A stretch of DNA of 64,000 nt from a virus. Lineage: Duplodnaviria; Caudoviricetes. Each line of letters starts with the position of its first letter. Within the stretch, counting starts at the first letter, position 1. Shown piece by piece: positions 10,029-20,823 of this stretch. The stretch spans positions 32,001 through 96,000 of the IMG/VR virus record IMGVR_UViG_2920693923_000001. The stretch is one strand, 5' to 3'. Position numbers and translations under genes: made by a program. Below the pieces are notes generated by a model. It was not told the origin of the DNA and searched no databases. It worked only from the letters and a program-made list of their open reading frames with translations.

Positions 10029-11279
10029 CTATTCAGTTAATTCTAACGGCAAAATTTCAGATTCAATCGGCAAATTATCCTTAACAATTTCACACTTAAC
10101 AGACAGTATTTTGCCGATAACAGAAGTGTCATTTGAAAATTTTACTTTCTTTTGGTTGTACTCTGTACCAACTCTCCATGTTACTTTGTCAGTCCAATCT
10201 TCATTATCAATAGAGCAAGCCCATGTAAAGGTTGCATCAGCATATTCAGTTGTAATATCTTCATTGGAATCATTAAATAGATTTACCATAAGATTTTTAT
10301 AAGAGCCACCAACTTTGATTGTAGAAGTGGATGCTGAAATTCTTGCTGTAATAGAAGATGGGGGAGTAGTTGGAGTAGATGGATTTGTTGGAGCGATTTC
10401 TGAATCGAAATATGAAGCCCACATACCAATAATATTACCATCAGAATCTTTCTCGATATAATCTCGATGTTGGTCAAAGAAATCTTGATATAGAGTTAAT
10501 TTCTGAACCCCAAGTGGTTGAGCATTTTCGACCTTACTGATCTGCCATGCTATTGCATTGTCAGTAAAAGAACTAACAAGTACACGCATATTCTTGGACG
10601 ACTCGTTTGTATACCAAATCTTCTCAGTAATTGGATTTAATGGTAGCCATACTTTATCTTGATTTTCTTGCGAAGTAAATCGTAAATCAGTCCAAAGTCC
10701 GCTGTTATAGCTGCTTTGTATTTTTAAAACAGACCACATTCTACGTTTGATTTTTTCTGTTCCATTATTTTCAATCCACATCAATTCATAATTACATTTA
10801 AGAATTAGATACTTTGGAAATTGATTTGCTGGTTCGGTACGAAGAATCATCCATTTCTCATATATGTTTTCATCATTTGGAATATCAATGAATAAGCCGA
10901 TAAAATTATCATTATGATATTTTTTACGATAATCAGTTTCAAAATAGTAGAGTTCGTCACCTTCAGAAAAATGTGTTTTCTGTGTTGGTTTAAACTGGAT
11001 GTAATATTCCACTTGGTCTTTATCCATAGACTGATATGACTTAACAATAAACTTTGCATCTATGCGTGTTTTAGTTGTATTCTCATATGTCATACCTTCA
11101 GCTAATCGTGGCTGATCGTCATGGTAGAAATCATAAATATAACAGATTTTACTCTGGATATCATTATCCCAAGTCTGTTCCATCGCCCAATCAGACTGTT
11201 CTTTATAAATCTGACCTAAAGTTTTCGCATTATTTGTTTTGGCGTTAGCGATTCGCCGTGCTGTCTGTAAGCTTGGCAT
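10029..11279 (-). CDS. head-closure/neck protein with C-terminal Ig-like domain
   Basis: start refined to MPSLQTARR; P/T linker then beta-sandwich-like C-terminus (SASTSTIKVGG). Confidence 0.5.
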   Translation of the reverse strand: MPSLQTARRIANAKTNNAKTLGQIYKEQSDWAMEQTWDNDIQSKICYIYDFYHDDQPRLAEGMTYENTTKTRIDAKFIVKSYQSMDKDQVEYYIQFKPTQKTHFSEGDELYYFETDYRKKYHNDNFIGLFIDIPNDENIYEKWMILRTEPANQFPKYLILKCNYELMWIENNGTEKIKRRMWSVLKIQSSYNSGLWTDLRFTSQENQDKVWLPLNPITEKIWYTNESSKNMRVLVSSFTDNAIAWQISKVENAQPLGVQKLTLYQDFFDQHRDYIEKDSDGNIIGMWASYFDSEIAPTNPSTPTTPPSSITARISASTSTIKVGGSYKNLMVNLFNDSNEDITTEYADATFTWACSIDNEDWTDKVTWRVGTEYNQKKVKFSNDTSVIGKILSVKCEIVKDNLPIESEILPLELTE

Positions 11280-11622
11280 CACCAACACCTCCCTCAAACA
11301 TCTGCTTAATATATCCGTGAGAATCTAAGATTGCTCTACGAAATTTTTTGTAACTGAAATGGTCGCTCTTGAAATTATCCATAGCACCTTGTAAGGTTGC
11401 CATAAGAGTTACCATAAGTCCATTATCATTAAATAAGGTCTTTATACCGCCTAATTTAAACATAACATTCTCAAAGAAGACGAGAAATGCTTCGTCATCT
11501 TCAAATATTTTCTCTTCAATTGTTTTGTCTTTATAGAGCAGTAGTTTGTGAATATCACCATGCATTGCACGAACTGCTTCATTGATTTGCTTGTCTGTAA
11601 AGTCACCATATATGTATTGCAT
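11245..11622 (-). CDS. hypothetical protein
   Basis: ORF between adaptor and closure genes; likely start MQYIYG. Confidence 0.5.
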   Translation of the reverse strand: MQYIYGDFTDKQINEAVRAMHGDIHKLLLYKDKTIEEKIFEDDEAFLVFFENVMFKLGGIKTLFNDNGLMVTLMATLQGAMDNFKSDHFSYKKFRRAILDSHGYIKQMFEGGVGDAKLTDSTANR

Positions 11623-11623
11623 A

Positions 11624-12079
11624 TTAGGACTCCGTGTTAATATAGGAATTGTACATATATCCGTAATCACGAATACGTTTATTCAATTCAGTTTTCATGG
11701 AATCCAGACGATCAATCATATTTTTATGATTGTCAAGTAACTTCTTTTCTTCCTTGCCACCTATCATTACTGATGTGTGCATAATAGAATCAACCTGTGG
11801 CTGTAACCACTCAATCGTCATTCCAAGTACAAGAATTCCTATAACAAAATTCATATCAGCCGTTTCATCTACTGAATTATTCAGCGTAAAATCCAACTGT
11901 TGAATTTCATCATCTAGTGTGAGAGAAGAGAATAATCTACGCACTCTTGGATTAGCAATTACATTGTTTAATCGCTCTGTATAAATTTCAAGCAAATCAT
12001 TTTCATCAAGAGAGAGTTCTTTCGGATCTGAAATTCGTCCTCTTGTTTGTGAAAAAATTGTTTCATATGGAAGCGTCAT
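11624..12079 (-). CDS. head-tail adaptor, probable
   Basis: 151 aa helical protein two genes after major capsid. Confidence 0.5.
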   Translation of the reverse strand: MTLPYETIFSQTRGRISDPKELSLDENDLLEIYTERLNNVIANPRVRRLFSSLTLDDEIQQLDFTLNNSVDETADMNFVIGILVLGMTIEWLQPQVDSIMHTSVMIGGKEEKKLLDNHKNMIDRLDSMKTELNKRIRDYGYMYNSYINTES

Positions 12080-12094
12080 TGTGAGCCTCCTTTA

Positions 12095-12637
12095 CTATTC
12101 CTGAACTAATGTAAGTAACATTTTTGTACCAAAAATTTCATCAAGAGCCTTAATTCTGTGAACTGAATCAAGTGCATGAGATTCAATCATTGTAGAAGCA
12201 ATACCTTTAATGGCTTCCTTTGCTCCCTTTGGAAGCTTTTTAATTGTTTCTGACATCTGCGGAACAGGAAGATTTAAAATCTCATTTAAGTCACTTGTTT
12301 CATACATGGACTCATATAAATCTTTTACAGACTTATTCTGTTCAACAAAATCTTCATCCTCAATAATAATTCTTGGTGAATAAATGTTTACATCTTCACG
12401 AGTTCTAACGAGATAAATTAAATCTCTATATTCAACATCAACTACATCTCCACAGTCAGCCCAACTATAAAGAATATGTGAACGTGCTCCCTCAATATAA
12501 AGCCCACCACTTACTAATGAGCGACATGGAACAGTATCTTCAGGTGAAAATGTTTTTACATCTTCTTTAACCTCTGTAGTTTTTGTTACCTTTTCTGTAC
12601 TACCAGTAGTAGCAGTAGTTTTCTTTGTATATGCCAT
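12095..12637 (-). CDS. head-region hypothetical protein
   Basis: 180 aa directly after capsid gene terminator. Confidence 0.55.
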   Translation of the reverse strand: MAYTKKTTATTGSTEKVTKTTEVKEDVKTFSPEDTVPCRSLVSGGLYIEGARSHILYSWADCGDVVDVEYRDLIYLVRTREDVNIYSPRIIIEDEDFVEQNKSVKDLYESMYETSDLNEILNLPVPQMSETIKKLPKGAKEAIKGIASTMIESHALDSVHRIKALDEIFGTKMLLTLVQE

Positions 12638-12707
12638 TTCCTTTTAATTCCTTTCAAAATAGGAGAGTGGCAATCCACTCTCCGTATAATCAATCTATAA
12701 GTAAATC

Positions 12708-13766
12708 TTACAGATCCCACTCACCATGATAACGAGTCATAAGAGTTGCAACACCCATACGTCTCTGTACTTCATAAGACTGCATATCATCCTTAGTAGC
12801 ACCCTTTTCGTTTACTTCAAGTTCAGTCTCTCCATAGTCAACAAACTTGATAAATCTATCATCAACTGCTGGCATGATATAAAGCTTCTTGTTATCAACG
12901 ATAGGAGTAGCAAGAGACTTATCAGTAAACTTCTGTGGAATTTCCATAAGAGGTGTTCCTTCGTAGCTACCGATAATACCTGTGTTTGCTACAGACTCCT
13001 TGATTGAATTAGCAGGATCAGCCCAATCAACCTTTGTAAGAGCATTAAGAGACTTTAATGCTGTCTTAGTCCCCATGATTACAACACCGCTTTCGTTGGC
13101 AGCACCAACCTTTTCGATAATTGCATCAAACTGAGCCTTTGTAGAAGCAGCTAAAGCACCAGTACCCTTGAGAGTAGCAGGAACAGGAATAAGGTTTACA
13201 CCATTTGCAAACTGAGAAGAAATGAGTGTCTGAACCTTCTGGATATAAGCCTTAACAACCGCATCCACGAAAGCACCCCAATCCTTACGACCAGTTAAAA
13301 AGAGACGAATATCTCCACCAACCTTGATACCATATACTGCTGTATCAACATGATAAGACTGACCAGAACCTAAACGCTGAATGGATAAGTCATGTGCGTC
13401 ACCGCTGACCTTGCTTACAGTAAGTAATACTTCATCATCAGCCCAGAATTCATTTACGTCTCCATCTTTCATATTCTTTGACTCAACATAATTGTTGAAA
13501 AACTCATTCTCAGAAAGACCATGAGCAATCTGAGTATCAATAATTTCCTCAATTACCTCGAAGAACTGTGTTCCTCTCTCAGAATTTAATGCTCTCTTAA
13601 TCTGCTTATTAGAAGAATCCTTAGTAAGTCCAAGGTATTCAAAACAAGCCTTTCTAATTGTGTCACTAGCTTCTGCCTTAGAAATTACACGATTAGAATC
13701 GGCATCATAAATTTCACGACCTGCACCGAGGTCAAACATAAGATTTTTTACACTTGTATCTAACAT
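12708..13766 (-). CDS. major capsid protein
   Basis: 352 aa; position after protease/scaffold and decoration genes; HK97-like G..G.Y.G.P motif; terminator follows. Confidence 0.78.
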   Translation of the reverse strand: MLDTSVKNLMFDLGAGREIYDADSNRVISKAEASDTIRKACFEYLGLTKDSSNKQIKRALNSERGTQFFEVIEEIIDTQIAHGLSENEFFNNYVESKNMKDGDVNEFWADDEVLLTVSKVSGDAHDLSIQRLGSGQSYHVDTAVYGIKVGGDIRLFLTGRKDWGAFVDAVVKAYIQKVQTLISSQFANGVNLIPVPATLKGTGALAASTKAQFDAIIEKVGAANESGVVIMGTKTALKSLNALTKVDWADPANSIKESVANTGIIGSYEGTPLMEIPQKFTDKSLATPIVDNKKLYIMPAVDDRFIKFVDYGETELEVNEKGATKDDMQSYEVQRRMGVATLMTRYHGEWDL

Positions 13767-13791
13767 TTATTTATTTCTCCTTTCTCAAAAA

Positions 13792-14286
13792 TTAGGCTTT
13801 CTTTGTAAGCTGCATAGCGGCAGTTACGCCAGAAATGGCTTTGAGTTCAACACCGTCTTTAACAGCGATGTCACCAGAAAATCCATCTGCTGAAATCTCA
13901 ACTACATCACCAACTGCCAGTTCATAAGCTCTAACTACCTGAGTAGGAGCATTTGTATAGTTGCTTTCTTTCTTAAATGTGTTGCTATATGTCTCCTCGA
14001 TCATTGGCACCTGGTATACAAACAGGGCATCTCCAGGAGTTACTACTTCTACATAGAAATTTCCATTATTTGCCTTACCAACGACCTTTCCTTCAAATGA
14101 AGTAGGAGCAACAGCTTTATAAAGGTCTAACTCAATAAAATCGCCCTTACCAACGAACCATCCATTGTCTACATAAGCACTTGCTGCTTCTGCTAACTGA
14201 ATGTTATAAATATGCTTTCCACCATCTCTTGCGAGAACTTTAGAAGGGAAAGCCACTGCATGTTTTGCAATAGTCATCTGAATCAT
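13792..14286 (-). CDS. capsid decoration/cement protein, probable
   Basis: 164 aa between scaffold and capsid genes. Confidence 0.55.
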   Translation of the reverse strand: MIQMTIAKHAVAFPSKVLARDGGKHIYNIQLAEAASAYVDNGWFVGKGDFIELDLYKAVAPTSFEGKVVGKANNGNFYVEVVTPGDALFVYQVPMIEETYSNTFKKESNYTNAPTQVVRAYELAVGDVVEISADGFSGDIAVKDGVELKAISGVTAAMQLTKKA

Positions 14287-14364
14287 TTATTTTTCCTCCT
14301 TAAATTTTTGCATTAAAAAAGACACTCAATTTGAGTGCCATTACATTGATTTATATTTCTTGTT

Positions 14365-16032
14365 TTATTTGCTAAAAAGATTTCCGTAACGGTTATCCTT
14401 CTTAGACTTGTTTACATTAGCAAATACTTTTACGGTTGACTTTTTCTGAGTTTTATCAGTGGTAGCTGCAAAAGTTTTCATATTAGAATCCGCATAGATA
14501 AGTTTTGCTTCCTTCTCTAAATCTTCGAGAGAGTAGTTATCCATATTTGTATACAGTTTCTCAAAATCCTTATTAATGAATTTTCCTTCTTCATCTTTTT
14601 CAGAAATAGAAGCAAAGTTTTCATTTGCAAGAATTTCCTCACGTTTTGCATGAAGTTCATTCTTTTCTGCTGTCTCCTTAAACTCTTTGAGTGCAGCGTA
14701 GTTTGAACGCATAGACTGTAACTCTGCAAATTCACTATCTGTTAAAAGTTCACGATGTAAATTGTATCTTTCTCCATCAAAAGCTACATTATCACCGTCT
14801 TTTGTATAATTCTGACCGAAGATTTTATCACCATTCCAGTTCTCATATGTAAAATGATCATCGTAAACAGCGTTGATAAAGTACCACTCATTATCAGCGT
14901 CTTCATATTCAGATAAAAGCTGGTAAAGTGCATATCTTGTATCTTCATGACTGATTTCATATGTACGAACAATCTTTTCAAAAGTCTGACTTCCTCCTTC
15001 ATCACCATCTGGATCAGAAGTTCCTTCGCCATCACCTTCTCCATCATTGGAAGGTTCACCAGATTCTCCGTTATCTGAAATGTCTCCTTCTGAATTGTCA
15101 TCATCGAACATCTCAGCAAATTTTGCTTCAAGTTCCTCATCTGACATTTCTGTATAGTCGAATGTTACATCTTCAGCAGTCTTGCCATATTTGGCAAGTA
15201 ACTCTTCAAATTTTGTCATTTTGTTATTTGTTCCTCCTTCCTTTGATTTTTGATTTATATCAAAACTCTCAAGAATATTAGTTAATTTCTCTAAAGTTTC
15301 AACCAATTTATTGTCTGTATTAAATGTTACTGTTTCCGCATTTACAGCGAAATCTTCAATTTTAAAATTACTTCCTGCCATACCAGGGGATACATCCTTT
15401 GACAGAAGAGTAAGACCTGATACATAAAAATCATCTAACTGCAATGTTTTATTAGCAGTATTAAATGATAACTCCCTAATACATAATTCCACCGAACAAT
15501 CTACAGTTCCACGTCTATTAAGAATCTCAATAGCGTCCTGACAATACTCATCGTATAAATAACCATGCAAAACTGCACGATTTACGCCAGCGTCTTCATC
15601 ATATTCAATAGTAGTCTTTGTGCCATCAATAACGCCGATAGGCTGTTCTTCGTATACAACTTTGTCGTTACCATCTTTGTCAGTAGTTACATAATAATCA
15701 TGGCTACCGAAATCTAATTCATTATCTGAGTTGGTAGTGATATGTGCTAAAATTGGGCGAAAGTTTGCCGATGGGACATTTTCATTAAAAGATTCTTCGG
15801 AGATTTCCGACTTATTGAGATTGACATGATCGTGAAATGCACGACTAACGAATGGAGTAAGAGATTCTTTATGTTTATCTTCATCCTTGGAAGTTTTTTC
15901 AAAATTACCATTCATACGAACCATAAGTTCTTTACCGAATTCATTACTATTAAAATGAGCAAAATTGTTCTTTAAACAGAACTCATATAACTCATCAATA
16001 GACATAATTCGTCTTTTCTTCTTTTTTGGCAT
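14365..16032 (-). CDS. prohead protease / scaffold fusion
   Basis: N-terminal protease-like region (H, CSVEL, PGMAGS) followed by acidic linker and coiled coil. Confidence 0.7.
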   Translation of the reverse strand: MPKKKKRRIMSIDELYEFCLKNNFAHFNSNEFGKELMVRMNGNFEKTSKDEDKHKESLTPFVSRAFHDHVNLNKSEISEESFNENVPSANFRPILAHITTNSDNELDFGSHDYYVTTDKDGNDKVVYEEQPIGVIDGTKTTIEYDEDAGVNRAVLHGYLYDEYCQDAIEILNRRGTVDCSVELCIRELSFNTANKTLQLDDFYVSGLTLLSKDVSPGMAGSNFKIEDFAVNAETVTFNTDNKLVETLEKLTNILESFDINQKSKEGGTNNKMTKFEELLAKYGKTAEDVTFDYTEMSDEELEAKFAEMFDDDNSEGDISDNGESGEPSNDGEGDGEGTSDPDGDEGGSQTFEKIVRTYEISHEDTRYALYQLLSEYEDADNEWYFINAVYDDHFTYENWNGDKIFGQNYTKDGDNVAFDGERYNLHRELLTDSEFAELQSMRSNYAALKEFKETAEKNELHAKREEILANENFASISEKDEEGKFINKDFEKLYTNMDNYSLEDLEKEAKLIYADSNMKTFAATTDKTQKKSTVKVFANVNKSKKDNRYGNLFSK

Positions 16033-16087
16033 TATTTAACCTATTCCTCCTTTCTTTGTTGATATACCACTCAAAGCAGGAGAGTGG

Positions 16088-16267
16088 TTAGAATGTAAGC
16101 ATGTTGCTATACTGAATTTTTTTCATATCTATATCATTTGAAAACTGCATCTTATCAGTATTCAAAAATACATAAATACCATTAGAGTTTTGTACCTGTT
16201 GATATCCTTGCTGAGATAAGAGAATAGCAGTAGGAATATCTTGGGTTGTTATAAATTTCTGTTTCAT
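16088..16267 (-). CDS. 59-aa hypothetical protein (MKQKFITTQD...)
   Basis: AAGGAG RBS after portal stop; not in ORF track. Confidence 0.55.
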   Translation of the reverse strand: MKQKFITTQDIPTAILLSQQGYQQVQNSNGIYVFLNTDKMQFSNDIDMKKIQYSNMLTF

Positions 16268-16281
16268 AATCCATCTACTCC

Positions 16282-17859
16282 TTATTTATTGTTCTTATCT
16301 TGGTCTTTTGTCTTGAGTCCTTCATCACTTAAATCTGATTGGTCTTTTTCCTGACCACCACCTTGATTATCACCAGATTGTGTGTATGACGTGCTAAACG
16401 GTTTAAGCTTCTCACCAAGATTCAGACAATCTTCCTCTAAGAAATTCATAGCAAGAGTATCTTTTTCAGATACACCGTTTAATGTGTTGTATAAAATCTT
16501 GTTTGGAAGTCCATTTTGACAAGACTCAAGGATTGATTTCTTAAAATCATCCTTCTGATAAATAGAGATATCAAAGAATTTAACTTTACAAGGTTCAGAT
16601 ATCCAACTAGATAAAAGTCGATTTACAATCGCTTGAATCTGTGGAATAAGAGTTGAAATAGAAAATGTAGAATCTGCAAGTACGCCATATTTAAAGGCAG
16701 TAGAGTTCGATGCAGAGTTTAAATTCAATATCTGAGCACCACCAGCCGTATTAAGAATTTCCTTTGTAGCTTTTTCAACCTTTGTTACATCACCACTTGC
16801 ATCATCTGGAAAACTAATTTCGTGTAATTCACCAGGAACAATAGCAGCAGAGATATAGGGTGGTAATGCTTCTTCAAGCATACGATTGAAATATTGAATC
16901 ATTATATCCGGATTTACAGCCCAATCATCTACATCATTACCCATAGTTTTCATTTCAAGCCACACCAATTTATAAATATTGGCTGCTTGTTGAACTGCCT
17001 GATAATCAGAAGCATCCATAAGGTCAATCAATGATAAGAATATAGGAGTAAGTACAGGAACGATTGTTTCCCAATCCTCAGACCTGAATTTAATACATAC
17101 ATTGTATTCTTCAGGAATTAGCTGATATTTTTCATTTGTACTCTGATATGTATTCCACATGCTATTGAACGGCTCTCCCCAATATTCCAATAGTTCGGAA
17201 TTTCGCTTAAAATAACTCATATCCATTGCACATGCAAATGAACCATCGGGAAATACACCTGCAATTCTCATATATGATGGATCTAGCGGAAGTATAAACA
17301 TTCCTTGTCCTTCAGTATAATAAGCACATCCATAAAATGCGTCTTCTCGAAGTGTTATAGATGCAGCTTTACGAAACTCATAATTTAATCCGAGAGTATC
17401 TACAACATCAACTGTTTCCTGATACTTTTGCAATGTGGATTTTATGTCATTATTATCTGAAATTATAAATGGGGGAACTATGTTACGAATAGATAAATCA
17501 ATTTGATTTGCATAATATTTGCAAAGACGATAGTAGATTTCTGAACGATAATAAAGATAACGAGATAAACTTCTAAGATTTGCTTCACTAGAAGAAATGT
17601 TTTTAATATAATCTTTTACATCTTCCTTAGAATAATTACTGATTGTTGTATATGTCTTGGATTTTTGAATATCTCGCAGACTTGTAATAGCACTTGTTGC
17701 ATCTTCGTAGCGTTCAAGTCTACTTTTATTTTTCTCATACCATTCACGCATTTCATTTGCGGTTGGCTGTTTTGGAGTAGAAGAAGTGGTTTTCTTCTGC
17801 GAATTATTTATTTTAGCAGGTGCATTAGAATTTGCATCTACTTTCTTAGGTCTAGGCAT
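16282..17859 (-). CDS. portal protein
   Basis: 525 aa directly after terminase large subunit; SRYLY..S.IY motif. Confidence 0.8.
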   Translation of the reverse strand: MPRPKKVDANSNAPAKINNSQKKTTSSTPKQPTANEMREWYEKNKSRLERYEDATSAITSLRDIQKSKTYTTISNYSKEDVKDYIKNISSSEANLRSLSRYLYYRSEIYYRLCKYYANQIDLSIRNIVPPFIISDNNDIKSTLQKYQETVDVVDTLGLNYEFRKAASITLREDAFYGCAYYTEGQGMFILPLDPSYMRIAGVFPDGSFACAMDMSYFKRNSELLEYWGEPFNSMWNTYQSTNEKYQLIPEEYNVCIKFRSEDWETIVPVLTPIFLSLIDLMDASDYQAVQQAANIYKLVWLEMKTMGNDVDDWAVNPDIMIQYFNRMLEEALPPYISAAIVPGELHEISFPDDASGDVTKVEKATKEILNTAGGAQILNLNSASNSTAFKYGVLADSTFSISTLIPQIQAIVNRLLSSWISEPCKVKFFDISIYQKDDFKKSILESCQNGLPNKILYNTLNGVSEKDTLAMNFLEEDCLNLGEKLKPFSTSYTQSGDNQGGGQEKDQSDLSDEGLKTKDQDKNNK

Positions 17860-17877
17860 ATTTAATAATGCACCTCC

Positions 17878-19620
17878 TTAATTGTATTTTGCTTTACGAA
17901 TTGTAAGCTTTGAAACTAATGATTGTGTATCTTGTGTCTTAGGTTTTAATTTTAATTCCAATTGGCAAGCACACCAATAAGAATAGGCAATAGAAGAATA
18001 TCTATCTTTCCTCATACCTTCAACTTCTTTAACCTTGATATTTCCGTTTTTAACTTCATGATCCAATTTAATCAATTCGTAAACGGCAAATGTTGTTTGT
18101 ACATAAGACATTTTCAATTTTGCTTGCTCTGTTGGAGACATTTTGAAATATCCCTTATATGTTTCTTTTAATGAGCTATCCGCATCCTGTTCAGAAATAA
18201 GAAAATTAATTTTTCCATTCTGTATACCATTTCTAAGTAATACGCATATCTCATTATTAAAATTAGCATTAGCTTTTACAGACCAAACAACTTTATTAGC
18301 ATCACGAACTTTGCATCGTTCAGCCATATCTTTATCATTTATACAAGTCATTGCCTGATATCTTTTACCGTTTTCTTGGCACACTTGATCCTTGGTAATA
18401 AAATCATATACTCCCAAGCCGATTCCGTTTGTATCTAAAACTAAATCTGTACATTGATACTCATAAAAATATTTCATAACAATCATTCCTAATTCATCTG
18501 TTTTCAAACCTTCAAAAGTTTCACCATATACAAAATTTGATTGATATGCAGTATCGTTTACTTGAATTAAGTCGTTAATAAAAATAGCAGAGGCATCATT
18601 CTTTTTCTTTTTCGTAGATTGCATAAGAGCAACGTCAATAGATAGTATTCTTTTACCAGTAGCTGTTAATTTCGGAATTGTTATTTTGTCATTGCAGAAA
18701 CTCAATGGTGGAAATGCTTTACGAAGTCTTCTACGAGCAGTTAATTCATCAAATTTAAACAAACTACCATCTGTATCCCCAAACCACAAACATTCCATTT
18801 CCATCTGCTGAACAAGTTCGTTGTAATCAGCTTCACTCATTTCATCTTCAAGCTGAGAACGAGAGAGTAATCCTTCACGCACCGATACCTGATAAGGTAA
18901 TCCACATATGAAATATTTTTTTGTGTCATCAAAGAAATTAAGAGTGTAACTTTGCGCTTTTTTATAAGCCCATGAACTTTTAAAATATGCACTGGACATA
19001 TATATTTCTTTGTTTCTTTCCTGCATATGAGCATATTCTGGTTTTTGTAAATATTTTGGCTGTCTTGGACTTGTTAAGAATTTACGCAATACAGTATTGA
19101 TAACTGTTTCATCGACCATACGAAATTCATCCACAACTATGCAATTTGCTCTGGCTGATCTTGAATTTTCTGAACTGGTTCTTGTTTTTATCCACGAACC
19201 ATTTTTGAAATAAATAGAAGCGTCATTTTGACCAATATTACATTTTTCTATTTCAGAACGTAATATGGAAGATTGTTTCATGAAATCGTCTTGTATTTTC
19301 AGCAAGACTTCGTTAGCCTGTTTTAGAGTTCCAGAACTAACAACTATTTTTGTACCAGGAAATAAAATACACCTTACACAACAGAAGAGAGCAGTAAGAT
19401 AGGTTTTTCCTTGACCTCTTGCTGCGAGATACATAACAAAGTTATAGTGCATCATGCACCACAAGAGAATTTGCTGAAACCACTTAAGAGATAGTCCCAA
19501 GACCTCAGATACATACCTATGTGGATTGGCACGATAATATCCCGCCTTCCATGCAATCGTCTCCATTATCTTTTGTTGCTTGTCTTTCTCTATTTCCGTC
19601 TGAGTTTTTAATTGAGGCAT
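17878..19620 (-). CDS. terL: terminase large subunit
   Basis: Walker A ARGQGKT, Walker B IVVDE, YMSSA coupling motif, RNase H-like SIDVA, DTNGIG and KDRYS. Confidence 0.92.
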   Translation of the reverse strand: MPQLKTQTEIEKDKQQKIMETIAWKAGYYRANPHRYVSEVLGLSLKWFQQILLWCMMHYNFVMYLAARGQGKTYLTALFCCVRCILFPGTKIVVSSGTLKQANEVLLKIQDDFMKQSSILRSEIEKCNIGQNDASIYFKNGSWIKTRTSSENSRSARANCIVVDEFRMVDETVINTVLRKFLTSPRQPKYLQKPEYAHMQERNKEIYMSSAYFKSSWAYKKAQSYTLNFFDDTKKYFICGLPYQVSVREGLLSRSQLEDEMSEADYNELVQQMEMECLWFGDTDGSLFKFDELTARRRLRKAFPPLSFCNDKITIPKLTATGKRILSIDVALMQSTKKKKNDASAIFINDLIQVNDTAYQSNFVYGETFEGLKTDELGMIVMKYFYEYQCTDLVLDTNGIGLGVYDFITKDQVCQENGKRYQAMTCINDKDMAERCKVRDANKVVWSVKANANFNNEICVLLRNGIQNGKINFLISEQDADSSLKETYKGYFKMSPTEQAKLKMSYVQTTFAVYELIKLDHEVKNGNIKVKEVEGMRKDRYSSIAYSYWCACQLELKLKPKTQDTQSLVSKLTIRKAKYN

Positions 19621-19623
19621 AAA

Positions 19624-20703
19624 CTATACCTCCTCTTCAGCTTTTTGACCAAATATCTTATCAAATAATGCTTCCGAATCAGTATCCTCATCATACTCAG
19701 GTTTCTTAACTGTATATTTTGAAATGAATTTTTCATATGTAGATGAAAAAGCATTTTTCAATCCCATCATTTTAGATAAATGTCCCTTAAAGAAAACATC
19801 AATTAAAAGTCCAATTTTATCAGGATCTTTGAATTCACCTTCTGGTTCTGGAATCGGTTTTCCACCGTCCCATTCACCTTCCCATTTATCAATAAGCTGC
19901 CCAAATGTAAGATTATCAGTTAATTCAGACGCAGTTTTCTGATTAGGTTTGATATTTAAGCTTCCTAGCAGATTCTGTAAAGTAGCATCTAAATCTTTTG
20001 TATCTTTTCCGTTTTTCTGAGCATTATCTATTTCAAGTTCCTTACAACATACTCGTTTAAATAAAAGTTCCTGAGATTTATTTTCACAGGGGTAACGTGT
20101 CGTCCAATCTTGGTATTCCGTTTCAAGATACATAAGTTCTTCATTGTTATAATTATTTCCAAATCGCTTTTTTGCAGATTTGAGAGTTTTTTGAACAATT
20201 TTCGTATTTGTTTCAGGCATTGAATCTTCATCATCTACCGAGAATATCGAATCTTTATAAGTTTTTTGACTATAATCATTTAGGCTTCTACAAATTACAA
20301 TCCACTGTTGAACAGCAGTGCTTCTTATTTTTTCTCCTGTTTGTTCAGAGAGTTTTTGTAACTGCTCATTATAAACATTTTCATCAAAATACCAATTAAG
20401 TCTTCTAAATGTTTCTATGGTTTTCTCACGATTGTCAGTTCGTGTATTATTTTTTTTGTCGTAATCAGTACATTCATTTAATACACATTCCTTACAAGCA
20501 TAATGTTCAATACCATCAGGACTTGCCTTAGAAGAGTAGAATGTTGCTACACTTTTCCATTGTCCACAATGGCTACAATATATTAGCTCATTGTTCATAA
20601 TGCGCTGATAGAAATTTGCAAGCTTTTTGTATTCATTACGCAAATTCACAACTGTAATTTTCTTCAATTCAGCATCTGAAATTGGCTCTAAAACTTTAGC
20701 CAT
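19624..20703 (-). CDS. Zn-finger protein upstream of terL, probable terminase small subunit
   Basis: CxxC...CKxC N-terminus; immediately precedes terL. Confidence 0.5.
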   Translation of the reverse strand: MAKVLEPISDAELKKITVVNLRNEYKKLANFYQRIMNNELIYCSHCGQWKSVATFYSSKASPDGIEHYACKECVLNECTDYDKKNNTRTDNREKTIETFRRLNWYFDENVYNEQLQKLSEQTGEKIRSTAVQQWIVICRSLNDYSQKTYKDSIFSVDDEDSMPETNTKIVQKTLKSAKKRFGNNYNNEELMYLETEYQDWTTRYPCENKSQELLFKRVCCKELEIDNAQKNGKDTKDLDATLQNLLGSLNIKPNQKTASELTDNLTFGQLIDKWEGEWDGGKPIPEPEGEFKDPDKIGLLIDVFFKGHLSKMMGLKNAFSSTYEKFISKYTVKKPEYDEDTDSEALFDKIFGQKAEEEV

Positions 20704-20823
20704 TGTTTCACCTTCTTTCCTTTTATTTCAACACAAAAAGAAGCCACTTCATACGAAATGACTTCTCATAATTTCCAATATTAAATTTCCAATGAAAGTG
20801 CAATTTACACACTTTTTAAATAA

